A stretch of 61,354 nt of DNA, filler included, from Platydemus manokwari (lineage: Eukaryota): assembly GCA_037951405.1 (NCBI GenBank). It is 5 parts of 5 records of this genome, joined end to end, with 100 filler letters (N's around TTAATTAATTAA, not from the genome) between each part and the next. Parts side by side here need not be neighbours in the genome. Positions count along the whole stretch, not along the records: positions 1 to 10,929 come from JBBMOY011045523.1; positions 11,030 to 28,880 come from JBBMOY010722205.1; 3 more parts are not named here. One strand, given 5' to 3'. Shown here one piece after another: positions 1 through 12,830 of the stretch; position 1 is the first letter of the stretch, and each line of letters begins with the position of its first letter. A program made the translations under genes and the position numbers. Under the pieces are notes generated by a model. The model did not search any database. It was not told the origin of the DNA and saw only the letters and a program-made list of their open reading frames with translations.

Positions 1-805
1 CAATATAAATTTCAATTTCACCCACATTATTAAATATAATTATAATTTTTCCATATATGCATTTATTATTTTATTTATTATAATATTAAACTATCAACCA
101 GAATTTAAACTATAGCATTTACGACACAGTTTTCAGTATAAATTATGATAATAATTCATTTGAATATAAATTAATGATATTTAAAATGCAACAATAGTTT
201 AGAGAATTCAAAAATATCAATGGATATATACTAAATCTTGTTGGCAAAGAAAATGTTAGCATGGAAACCGATCTATTTGCGTCCAGATGGTATTTGACAG
301 CAAAAGAAAACAATAAATTTATTAATTTAGGATTTAAATTTGGGAATAAAAAATAATTTATTTCATGGTCCTAAAATTCATTCATCGCATTGATGAGCTT
401 ATATAATAGATATAAACTACAATAAATATAAAAAACACTTCATCAATTCTTATTTAAAAATATAATCTTCACAGTCATTACAGTTTCGATGACACATATG
501 TTCAAAAAATAATATTTCTAAACAATTTTTGTTGTCAAAACACAAATAATTATTTAAATATCAAATTATAAAATTGTTAAGCAGACACTAAATATTTATT
601 CAAATCTATATTTATAACATTGTTTTACTGAGCTAATACTTAACAGATTTCAAATCTTGTTTTTCAAATAATATCTGGAATGTAATTATTTATGAATTTT
701 ATTATTTATGTTCGAATTTCAATTGCATTAACTGAAATTAATATGAAATGTTTTTTGATAAGAAAATGATTTTTGTGATCAATTTTAGATAATTGAATCA
801 ATTAA

Positions 806-2385
806 ATGGATCAACAAATACTAATCGATATGTGGAACGTTATGAGACAATATGATTTGGAAATCATTACTGAAGAATGGGAAGAGTGTAAATGTGGAAT
901 TTGTAAAAAGATACTGATTAATGCTTGTAATGTTCCTTGTGGGTGCCGATTCTGTAATGAATGCATTAAAGAGTTTTTAAAAGAAGGCAAAAGACAATGT
1001 CCTGGCCAATCAAAGTTGTGTAGCGAAATTCTAATCGATATTGATACCGAAGTCGTTCTTAATCGAGCAATCAATATTCGAATATCGAAATTAATCACTA
1101 AATGTCCAAATATTGATTGCCAATCACAAATAGAATTGAAAATGTTAAAAAATCATTTGAAAATTTGCGAGAACAAACCACAGAGTTGTCCTTTTATCAA
1201 TCTTGGGTGCGAGGAAAACAGATTATCTAATAATAAAGTTGGCGATCATCTGTTGCAGGAGATTTCATCGCATAGTAAATTATTGATTAATTTGATAAAT
1301 AATTTTGGAAACGAAATCGAGTTATTGAAAATGGAAAATCATCAACTGAAACAACAAATCAGAATCGATAAAGATGAAACAGAAGTAAAAAACAAATCAA
1401 TAATTGTAAAATAATATTATCGATTGAAAAATATTTTAGAAAATCATTCAAGATTTGCTGGACAAGGAAAGGAAAAATTCAGCAGAAATTGATTTGCTGA
1501 ATGAAGAAATGTGTGGACTTAAAATCGAAAACAGATCAATAAGAAGTGAGATGAAGGCACTGAAAGATGATCAGATGCAACAAGTGAGTTGATATGACAA
1601 AATATTGATTGATTTGTTGTTTTTTGTACACAGAATAACATTGTCAATACAATTATCGATAATCAAATGCCTCAAATAGATCCATTAAAACAATTAATTG
1701 AACAACAACAGCGAATCGATCAACTCAAACAGCAGTGTGATGAAATTATTGATCGATTGAAGTTAACTGAGGTACATTTGATTGATCGAGCACATGATTG
1801 GAAGAAATCATTGTTTAATAGGCACAACTGTATGAGATATCGCGAGAAACTATTGACAACATCAGATTGACGACAGCCCAATTAACAGAAAAAATATTCG
1901 ATTTTCAAGAGAATCATGAGAAAGGAAGGCAATATATCTGGAAAATCGATAATTGGGCAGATAAAATAAGGCTGGCTAAAAATAGCAAAGACGGAATTCG
2001 ACTTGACAGCAATGAATTTTTGTCGTACCCGTATGGCTACAAAATGTGTCTCGTTTTGTTCATTGATCGACATGGAGAGAATATGTATTTCTATTTCTGT
2101 ATTTTAAAGAGTGAATTTGACGACATTCTTGAATGGCCTTTTAATCGAGATGTCGAGTTGGCTTTGATAAATCAGAAAACTGGTTTCGCTTTTAAAAAAT
2201 GGCCAATAAAATGTTCAGAATATCATTCTGAAAATGGATTAAGAAAGCCATCGAATCCTATAAACGACCCATTTCGATTTGATTATCCCGATATTTCGCC
2301 AGCACAAATATCAGCATATCCGGAATGGTGTGAGAATAATCAAATTTTCATCAAATTTGTCAGCTCTGCCAAACATGTCAAATGA
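806..2385 (+). CDS. TRAF-family protein (RING - TRAF Zn finger - coiled coil - MATH/TRAF-C), ~474 aa, 4 exons
   Basis: Exons 806-1384, 1440-1583, 1634-1771 and 1822-2385 are joined by phase-0 GT-AG introns of 55, 50 and 50 nt and give one open frame. RING: CGICKKILINACNVPCGCRFCNEC...CP. TRAF-type Zn finger: CPNIDC...HLKIC...CPFINLGC...HL. A coiled-coil segment follows. MATH signatures: YIWKID, YGYKMCL, EFDDILEWPF, NNQIFIKF. The specific paralogue cannot be assigned by eye. Confidence 0.93.
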
Positions 2386-5300
2386 TCACCACTCAATCGA
2401 TTATGTCATCAATTGGTTGTTATCAACTGATTGGAAAAAAAATTGTTAATTATTTCCTTGTTTGCTGTGTTTGTGAAAGATATTTATTAAAGGAAAACAA
2501 AAAATCAATTTTAAATTAATGATTTATTTATCAAAATCAATAATGTCATTTTATTGACAATCATTGATTTCAATTAAATATCATTTTCACCCGCTCGATT
2601 TTTACGTCAATCTCAAGTAGTTTTGATAACCGCCTAACAATCGATAATTAATTTCCATTTATAATATAATTTAAATCTCAATTTATTCAAACATTAACAA
2701 TTTGGTGAAATTCAATAAATAAAATATTTATTTACATATGAGAAGTATAATTAATAGTGATGATTAAAAATCGCTTTGTGTGTTGATCACCATTTAGAAT
2801 CCTACCAATCGTATCAAATCCAAATACTCCATCACATACCATTGGTAAAGTTAATTATTGAATATGACCACCAATTCGATTCGACCAATGATGAACGAAT
2901 AAATGATGAATTTTAATTTTGTTTGGGTCTTGTATAGAACATGATTTATGGGATTTATAATATGATATAAGGGATGGATGGGTCACCACGATATATGGAT
3001 AGGATAAATATCTGGTGAGAACCTTATAGTTCCATTTATAAGCACAGGAGAAAACATATCTGATTCCAAAGGTATATTAGTAATGAGAAATGGTCTCTAT
3101 ATTTAAAGTGATAATTGATTATCATTCATTTTTAATGTTTAGAGATATGATAATCGATTAATAGATACGACTCCAATATTTTGATATTTATATCAATAAA
3201 TAACAAAATAGTGCTCAAAACCAAATTTTATTGTTAATTTTAGATACTCAGTTTATTATATGATGTGTGTTTTTGTTTCTTCTGACCCTTAAGGGGTTTT
3301 GACAGTTACTATTGGCGACTATAATATCGGAAACTAATTATCTAAAGGTTCTTATTAATTTCTAAAATTGTAAATGAGCACTATGTGCAAATAGACTGAA
3401 TGTAACGTAGGTTGTGTTAAAACCGAACGAATTTAATTAAAAATGAGAACTTTAATTAATATTTACTTAAATCGAATCTATTGACTACGGTACCTACTGG
3501 ATTAATATGAACACTGAAAACTGTTTCCCATAAATAAACTTTTGCAAGGCGATATAAGTTATATTTAAGAATAAATAAAAATTACAATTTCATATTATAA
3601 AAGAACAGAAAATTTCAGCAATACCCAATGCACCACGTAAGTGAATTATTGAAAGTTCAAAGCAGACGGAGAAGATTAGGAATTATTATTAATAATAAAA
3701 TGCAATAATAATAATAAAAATAGGTGTAATAATAATAATAATTTCATTGTCTTGCATTTTTGTCTTAGATGCTTATCCAACATTAGCGTTTGTTGGGGAT
3801 TAGTGTGATCTAAAATCAAATTAATCCTCTCGATAAAACAGTCTATTAGCAAATAAATCAATATTCAAATATTTTTATAGAACAATCGACTATTGAATAA
3901 AATAACAAATACAGAATATTCAAATATTTACAGTAATCAAAAATTATTAGAAATTAATTTATTAACCGGAAAGTCACTCCTTAGTTAGCTTCCAAAAATC
4001 CAAACTTTTCTAGTTTTTCGGTGGTTATAAAATATCCAATATTGATTGATAGTTTCACAGTCGATTTTGTAACTGATTTTAATTCTTTCACTCTCGATAG
4101 GTTTTACGGGTTTGTTTTGTCGGTGCATTATACCGTCCAAAATGCCCTCGTTGAATAGCTTTATTCTTTCTCTTTTGTCTTACCAACAATTAATATCAAT
4201 AAATATAAATCATACTCGGGTCAAGTTGAATAAAAAATTCAAATGTTGAATTAAATCCTCGAAGAAAACTCTGATAAATGATGAGACCTTTTAATAAAAT
4301 TCTCGTTCACGATTAACCAAATACCTCGGATCGATAATTATGATATTCTTTGATGTAGTCTATGAGTGTCGATTGTGTAAAATCTTCCGTGTGTTGAGAT
4401 TTCGTTGTTTAAACGAAATTTTAGTATGCAAAGTTTTATCGTAAAAACTTTCTGTGTGTAGACTACGCAGGTGGTCATCTTTGTTGATCTCTAATCTCGC
4501 AAATATTTTGCATTTTTATTTCTATGTGATCTTTCTTTATTTCTTATTTTCTTTATTAATTATCTTATTATCTTAATTAATTATATCTTCATACTTTATT
4601 TTCTATATTTTTCTACATTTATTTCATCATTACATCCCAATTAACTCTTTACATAAAAATTATAAAAAATAATAGAGAATCAATTGCAATTAAATGTCAA
4701 ATAATCAAAAATCAATGACCATAAAAAATCAATTTAAAATGTTAGATATTCAATATCGAATAACTAATTTGCAAAAAATAAAAAATAAAATTTTTTTCAT
4801 AATCAGAGAATTAACTGATCGGACTCAGGTACCACACATTTTGGAATTATTGATGATTTGTGAGTCTACATTTGAATGGATCTGTGAGGGATTATATTTG
4901 GATTCGAGATTTGTACTATTTATTTTAGAGTAATTAAACTGGGTTGCTGGACGATTTATGTTTTCGTACTCGGTCTGCACTCCAACAAATTTATTCTCAA
5001 CAACGATTTTATAAGATATCCGTAAAACGGTTAACTTTTTTATAAAGATTTCAGGTGGATTATGAAAGGTTTGGTCTTATTTATTTAATGGGACCAGTGC
5101 AGAACAATTTGATTATGACAGTTTTAAAAATGAAATAAATCACTTGATGTATTCATTTTAATCGTAAATATTCCAATGGGTACTTGATTCCAAATTTGGG
5201 AGTTTCTGGCTCAATATAAATTTCGATTTGCGCGCTTGGAATTAGTTTGATGAATATTGTTTCTTGATCAGTGTTGATAATTTTTATTGTTCAATTTGAC

Positions 5301-7836
5301 TTCAGTTATGCGATGGGATAGAATTAAAACTATATTTTTTATTCCGCAGGCTATGCCTATCTTAATTGGTAATAGATAGACTGACGAGTCATCGAATTTT
5401 CTCCTTGATACAATCATAATTAAAATTCAGCAATTTCCCGGTCTCCGTGGCTTTGTCTTTCAATTAGCAGTACAAACGAGTGGCGAGATTGTGTTGTTTT
5501 GGGATCTTTGTGGCCTGGGTTTCTTAAGAACAAACTCCAATTTTATTTTTCAGAGATGTTCCAAAAAGCCTTTTTGGTATTGACCAATTAAGATCAGTTC
5601 AACATCGTTCTAATTTTATTGTCAATGTATTATCTTCTGTGTATGTATTTGTTGTGATATTTTTCACTATCTTTCAAAAATTGTCATCAATAAAAATAGA
5701 TAAAATTGTAACAAAATTTACCTACGTTTTCTATTAATATTAATAATAAGAAAAAATAAGATTTTCATTGCATTGACTTTTGTTTAATATTTATTGTATC
5801 CAAAAGTAGAATCCTTTTGTCGAAAAATGTAGGGAAATTTTATTGAAAAATTAAATTTTAATTAAAAAATAAGATTGTCAGTTTTTACTGATCATTGTTT
5901 TTCTCTTTTATTTTCACTTGACAGTTGCTTTATATATTTCATTTGAATAGATGTTTCAATCAACGAATTTTATAAATGTCTAGTTAATTTATGCTTCCGT
6001 TGTTAAATTTGATTATTTTGAATACTTTGTACCCGATAGTTCAGTTAAAATTTTAGCACAATCAAAATATTTATTTTATTGGCATTATATTTTCAAATAT
6101 GTTTTGGTACTTCGTACCGTTGTTTATTTACATTATTTCACTAACTCTATCTTATCAAGTTTTATTACTACTAGCTTTATTTTGCTTCAGTTAACTTATT
6201 TTTATTTCTTGCGAGTCAATAATGCGCCATGGAAAAGGAAAGAAAATTCCTCTGAAACTGCGGAAATAAGATTCAATTTCTATCAAATAATTATTTGATT
6301 GTATTAAGATTTCAATATACTACGATATGGTCTCAAAAAATGCCAATACAATTTCAGATCACTAAAAATTGTATCACAAATATTTCATAAATTTCAGTTA
6401 AAGTCATTCATGCCAATATTTCAAATTGCATGATTGATTCTATTAGTAGAGAAATGCAGTTTAAGTTGAAAGATGATAGATTTCGATATAGTTAAATACA
6501 AGATCGGAAATTTAATTCATAAACAAATTAGATTGTTTGTTTTCTTGTATCGAATTCACATTTTAATAAATTAATACATGGCTTAAAGTAAAAATATATG
6601 ATGTTCAGGATATATTTTCCATAAATTGTGAAATAGATAAATTTGGTGCATAATGTAATTGAGTAATATTAACAATACTGATATGTGATTGTATAGCAAT
6701 CATGTTAAATAGAATTTCAAATAACTACATACATTCAATTAGTGGGTAAATACAATACACTGGAAACCCAATAATTTAATCAATCGAACAAAACTTTGTT
6801 TTATATTATTTAAACAATGAAACAAATTTGAAGTAAGCAAATCATTAATAGGATAAAAGAATAATTATATTTTCATAACTCAAACTTTTAACTTCATTCT
6901 TCTCCTAATTTGATATATGAATCAAATCATTTTTGTAATATTAATTTAGATATAGATTGTAAATTAAATAATTTATTCATAATAAAAATAACATTCATGC
7001 TAATAAAATTAATAATTATAACGAAGTTAAATATAAAATAATGATTAATTAAATAATTATTAATGCAAATGACAATAACAATTTATTCTTTCTGAGTAAT
7101 AATTTTGATAAAATAATGTAAATCATAAAATTATCAAATATTTTAAATCTTTCTGAGATCATTGCTAAAAATCCAACCGAATTTATAGATTTAAATTCAG
7201 GACACTTTATTTTATCTGCTTAATAATTGGTTTTATAAATGTAATAATCAATTCAATTTAACGTTTTACCAACCATCAATCAATTAATATGAGTGGTTAT
7301 CAAATCATTATAAAATCGATGGCACGGTTCATTGACAATAATGATACGAAAAGAAAAGTCTTTAAATTCTACTCGACATAACACTAAAATAGATCTACAG
7401 TAATTATTACGGGTCATCATTACATTACATCAAAGATAGAAATGGTTAAAAATAAAAACTAATAGCAAGTGTACAAACAAGCATATAACAATCGAAATCA
7501 ATCACATATCATGTATTAATAAAAAATATTTTAAATAAGTAATAATATAATAGGAGTTCATTGAAACTGATGTAATTAGATAGCAAATATATAAATATTT
7601 GTATATTTAAGGTCGAATGATACCAAATGAACGAAGCAATAAATATTTGAGCAGGTAGAAGAATCCCCGATCAACACACTCACTTACACACGCATATGGC
7701 CAACTTGAGCAACACACACCGACACGCGCATACACAAAAGGAAACACAAACATAGGAGAGGAATGACTGCAGCAGAAGTGGCTTTAGCGGAATGTTTGTA
7801 GCTAACTCATGTCAAACAAAGGATTAGGATTAATAA

Positions 7837-8522
7837 TCAATTATCCATGTTCCTGTGGCGGACACCTTCGTTAATTTCAGAGTTTTTTGTATCAGCAAGT
7901 AGAGATTGGCGAGTCGGGTTAGAATCGATTTCTACGCTTTTCTTACTCGATTTATGACGTTCATAGAAGACAATGACGGCAAACAGGATGACGATTTCAA
8001 TCACAATCCCGATAAAAGGCCACAATGGGGCTAATCTATCTACAAGAAATGAGTAAAGTAAAAATAAATATTGGTTTTATCAAGGATCTCAATCCACAAC
8101 CTTTCACTCGCAACTGGAGAATAACGGTATCGTTGCCATGCTCATTTCTAGCATCACAGCGATAATAGCCAGCATCATCTCTTTTCAGAATATCCCATGT
8201 AATGGTATTCTTGAAAGTAGATCCATTGCTTGCACTCAATCGATATTGAGGTGTAACACGAATCGGAATCGCACTCCAACTGAGATCCTCAACAACCGGT
8301 GGAAAAGCAAAGTATGTACACTTCTTTTCTGCTCGACCACCTTCAATTCCTCTTTCCGATTCCGTAAATTCATTGAGAAACGGTGGAGCTAAATCAAGAA
8401 ACTCAATTTATCGAAGCAACAGCACAATTGCAAATGATTACAAAATATATTGCCTTTTGCTTGAATTTCACTGCCGTTGGTTGTTGTGATTTTCAAAGTA
8501 TATTCCCCAGCAATTTTCTCCG
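7837..8522 (-). CDS. Basigin/neuroplastin-like Ig-superfamily membrane protein (3' three exons; 5' end unresolved)
   Basis: Exons 8522-8442, 8388-8101 and 8039-7837, with phase-1 GT-AG introns of 53 and 61 nt. Ig domain: KKCTYFAFPP...LSW...DDAGYYRCDARNEHG. Juxtamembrane/TM: KDRLAPLWPFIGIVIEIVILFAVIVFYE, including the intramembrane Glu diagnostic of basigin. Tail ends in VRHRN (compare basigin VRQRN). Confidence 0.88.
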
Positions 8523-9475
8523 CTAAAATTGGCAATGAGATAAGTAATTTTAGGAGAAATTCAAATTATTTCAAATTTATTATGTATTAATATCATATAA
8601 TAATACAAAGCAATAGCGAAATTAAACAATGCTATTCAATATGATAATACCAATACCATATTTAAAAATGTTTAAAAACAATTCATTACGTAAGCTCCAT
8701 CAATTATTTACACATTTTTTATTTCAAAAGTTCTTGGTTCATTGATTAAATATTAAAAAAAAACTCCCACAAAAAATCATCTTAATTGATTTCAATTATT
8801 TCACGTGTACTCAATAATCCAAACTTGAATTAATGCAAACTTTAAAAGCAATTAAAATTTTCCAAACACCCAATTAACGAATGAGATTTGCACTCATCAA
8901 TTATATATGCTCAACAAACAATTCAGTCTATTTCAATTCTAAATTTCTTTTCGTAAGAATTTATCGACATCCATAAAATAATAATTGCTATTTCACTACT
9001 CTGACTTTAATAAAATGTTAAAGCGTTCGAAATGACTTGGTAATAAATTGAATAAGTTATGCCAATCGATTGAAATTTGAATGCTGAACTTGTGGATAAT
9101 CATAAAAATACTTTGAGAGAAATGATGGTGACACCAAGTCATAAAATTTTCATAATTTTAAAAATCAATTACAAAATATATCAAGCTGTTTAATTATCTA
9201 CGATTTGCGTTGCTTAGCAACGACGTTTTTTATTGCATATCTGATTGGTTCTCTTAATTTCAAGATGAAATCATAACATATTCTCAACGGCCACTGGTAA
9301 CTGTTTAAGCTTTACAAGAATTTATTTTTATATATAGTAAGAATGTTAACAAAAAATGTAAATAAAAAGCGAACAAATTATGAATTTAACTTATATTTTC
9401 ATCATTTAAAATTTTATGTAAATAAATACGTGTGAGATTAGAAAGCAATGCCTAACAATAATTATTGAGTATTAA

Positions 9476-9692
9476 CCCTTTCAATACGATTTTTGGCCAG
9501 TGGAAATATTTTTGTATAACTGAACTATATGTGCTGCAAATAAATAAAGGAACATATTTACATAATTTCAGATTTTTAGAAAATATGGTTTTTTGAAAAA
9601 ATGTCTCTGCAGTAGTTTAGTGCGAATATTTTTCGTATCAGTAATTTTTGAACATTCTCTGGGACTTATATATCCCCGCAGTATTGAATGGG
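9476..9692. mobile_element. piggyBac-type non-autonomous element (MITE), 217 bp
   Basis: Left end TTAA|CCCTTTCAATAC and right end GTATTGAATGGG|TTAA: a 12-bp terminal inverted repeat (1 mismatch) with CCC...GGG termini and TTAA on both sides (9472-9475, 9693-9696). No coding capacity. Confidence 0.72.
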
Positions 9693-10929
9693 TTAATAAT
9701 GATATTTTTCAATATTAAAATTATTATTAATATTGATAATTTATAATAAATAATATTTCTATTTTAGAGATTTCAATATATTGTCGATATTTCATTTACA
9801 GTATTCGCCAATCGCCTTTATTTGAATTGCAAATGGGATTAAAAGAATCTGTTAAAAAAATATTTTTATATTTGTTTTATATAAATAACAGCAAAAAATT
9901 GATAAAACGGATAACATTTTCATTAGGTGTAAACTGATGACGTATAAGGGGTGCAGAAAATTAATACAAATCAATAAAGTAAGTCATGTAATGTTTTTGA
10001 TTTTTTACTAAAAACATTTATAATCAATAATAGGTTTTAAATACTGATTCGAATTAATCATTATTAATTAATAAATTTAACATAAGTAAGTGAAAATCAA
10101 ATCCAAATTTTAGTAATGAACAAAATCAAGACAAGAATTTAACATTTGATTATCTCATTGGAATAAAGTGAATTACATTTTATTATCTGTGAAATAACAA
10201 ATTTCATAGATTATATCTTAAAAATTCATGTTTGATGATAAATAATAATGACATATTGAACCTTATGTTCCAAAATAATATTTAGAAATATTAATAACAT
10301 ATATGATCATATAATTATTCAGTACTTCACCAAGGTCAATATAATTATCATCCACTAATAATTAATTATATATAAATAGCATAAATCTTGATTTATTCGA
10401 TTACAATCGGTAACACCAATATGAAAACATTTCAAACAAAAATAATAACGTTCATCAAGAATATAAATTAAAGTTATTAAAGAAAACAATAAACAAAAGT
10501 TAAAAATTGATCTTTTATCCGCAAGAAAAAATAATAATATATGATGCACAAATTCATAAAAAGCTCGTATTCTAATAATGAGAGTATTGATATTAATAAA
10601 TTACAACTAATCATATTTGATAATAAACAAATATGGACAATATAATAATGATCGGTCATACAATCAATATAAATAATATCTTTACATTAATCTAGTTAAT
10701 TACTGTTAATGACATTTCGAATTTTCAGTTTACACAAATTATACACCAATATTTCAAAAAGCGCCATTCATAATATATATCGAATACATTATAATACAAG
10801 CCTATTAAAAATCATTCGTCACATATTATGAATAATAATTTTTTATTTTCACTTTTACTTAAAAAATTGTCAAATTTCATTTATTGAAATCTTTAATATT
10901 ATTTCAATAAATATGATTGAATTAAAAAG

Positions 10930-11029
10930 NNNNNNNNNNNNNNNNNNNNNNNNNNNNNNNNNNNNNNNNNNNNTTAATTAATTAANNNNNNNNNNNNNNN
11001 NNNNNNNNNNNNNNNNNNNNNNNNNNNNN
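10930..11029. other. Artificial contig linker (N44-TTAATTAATTAA-N44)
   Basis: Exactly 100 nt. The palindromic 12-mer gives stops in all six frames. Identical at four places in the window. Confidence 0.97.
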
Positions 11030-12569
11030 TTTTCAAGTTTTCAAATCTCATTAAAAAATCAAAGAACTATCTATCAATAATTATGATGAATAGAATTATT
11101 ATATTTAAACAACATACTTTTTTCTAATTTGAAAATAAAATTTTCCCAAAATTTCTGTTAACCAATTCATTATATTTATAAAATCTTGATTTATGATAAA
11201 ATAAAGATTTAAACACTAAGGAAAACTTTTTACAAACTCTAAATTGTTTTTTAAGAATATTTCCATTAAAAAATATTCTAATTTTTATAAGGCTATAATC
11301 GATCTTTATATATAATGATGATAAAATTAACTTTAAACAGGAATTCTGCATGCCTAAATTAACTTTAAATCGAAAATATGAACAAGAGTTAATGGAAAGA
11401 TTAAATACTGATAAATCTATTCAAGCAAATTATTTAAATAGGTTGGAAAATGCAACTGATTTTCGCTTACACTTCATCTAATAATGAGGTTGAGCCTTGT
11501 AACCAATGTGAGAAGAACTTACCGTAGCTACAGAAATCGATAAAACACTAAATTAAAATGTAGAGGTTATTGTTGTATTATTGAGTTAAAAAGTGTAGGG
11601 ATTTAAATTAAGTACGGAAAAATGAAATTGAATTCTATTCAAATTTTTCACAAGAAATTACTGTTTTATGCACTTAATACTCATTATTATAAAAATAAAT
11701 AATCATTTAATAACTCTCAACCAAATCGGCTTGGATCTAATCAAACCAAACTATAATTAATTCTTAAGATAGATTTCATACTTATCCACCTTCTCTTTCG
11801 TTGTAATCAGACTATCAATTCAAAGAGAACTAATTTGGATCTCCAACATAAGTGTAATCGAAATTGCCAGAAAAACAGTGGCAATACAAATAATTCAAAT
11901 TAAAAATCCCCTGGTTATTTGTTTAATATTCTGCTGTCATTTAAATCCTATTATATAATATTGTAGAATTTTTTCATTGTAATTATATCTTAATTTTATT
12001 TATTTTATTGTGTTTATATTTCCAAAATTAGGACTTCTCCATGCTGGTGTTAATTTACAATAATACTAATCACAGCGAAAATTACTAATACATTCTAGAC
12101 TGTAATATCTTATAATTTTTTAAAATTTTGAGGTTCTTGAAAGTTTTGTGACAATTGTAGGGTACCAGACCCTGCGCCAGATAGAAACAATTATTAATAT
12201 AAAGTTTTTATTTTTATGAAAAAATCCTAAGAATTGAACTGAAAATAGAATTAGTAATAATAAAATACCTAATCAGAAGAATGAAATAGTATCAGAAAAA
12301 TAAATAGTTATATAATTGGAATAAATAAAATACGAAAATAGACGTAAATAATAGACAGAAAAATAAACCGTATAAATATAATTCAAACGTGCTGTGGAAG
12401 TGCCATCACCATTATTATCATATGATTATTATTTTTTATGAGTTATAACTATTTTAATTAATGGTGTGTGCATAATTATGGACCAATATAAAAACTTAGA
12501 ATTTAGATTAATAATAGAATAATTAATTCGATCTAAAATATATAATTGTTATTACAGGTTCCGACTACA

Positions 12570-12830
12570 AATAATCTTTATTATATAAATAAATTTGGAC
12601 TCAAAATGAGTAAATATGTAATTAGTTCATCACCAATTGAAATACAATTAATACAATGACATTAATTTTTTGGCAAATAACCAGATAAGTGATTAATTAT
12701 AATTGCTATTTATCGAGGTTCTATTTTAAATAACTAATTATAAAGGATTTTTCTTATGACCTGGCTCTTAAGAGTCTCCGTAACCGCAAAATTAGCGCTC
12801 ATTTCCTTGATGATTTTCTCAGTTTATTTG
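12570..12830 (+). repeat. Dispersed repeat fragment, homologous to ~39370-39670 (possibly LTR-element derived)
   Basis: Both sites share, in the same order, ACAAATAATCTTTA, TTTTTTGGCAA(A/T)TAACCAGATA, GATTAATTATAATT(G/A)CTATT, GAGGTTCTATTTT and TCTTATG...TAAGAGTC. Boundaries are approximate. Confidence 0.55.

Noticed and set aside
1667-2385. Overlapping stop/start ORFs (1667-1870, 1867-2385; also 16151-16456, 16453-16707) as operon-like translational coupling
   Set aside because: Both are explained by 50-nt GT-AG introns. The TTG/GTG starts in the ORF track are not real starts in this eukaryotic DNA.
3676-6298. Short ORFs of 60-80 aa here and similar ones throughout the window, including those antisense to real exons
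   Set aside because: Low-complexity I/L/F/K/N-rich translations expected by chance in AT-rich DNA; no motifs and no consistent splice structure.
8605-8659. Stop-codon readthrough or selenocysteine in a basigin signal peptide
   Set aside because: There is no phase-compatible donor to the next exon and no supporting element. Hydrophobic translations arise easily by chance in AT-rich DNA.
10974-10985. TTAATTAATTAA as a recurring regulatory palindrome or CRISPR-like repeat
   Set aside because: It is always centred in exactly 44+44 Ns, which marks it as an assembly or concatenation linker.
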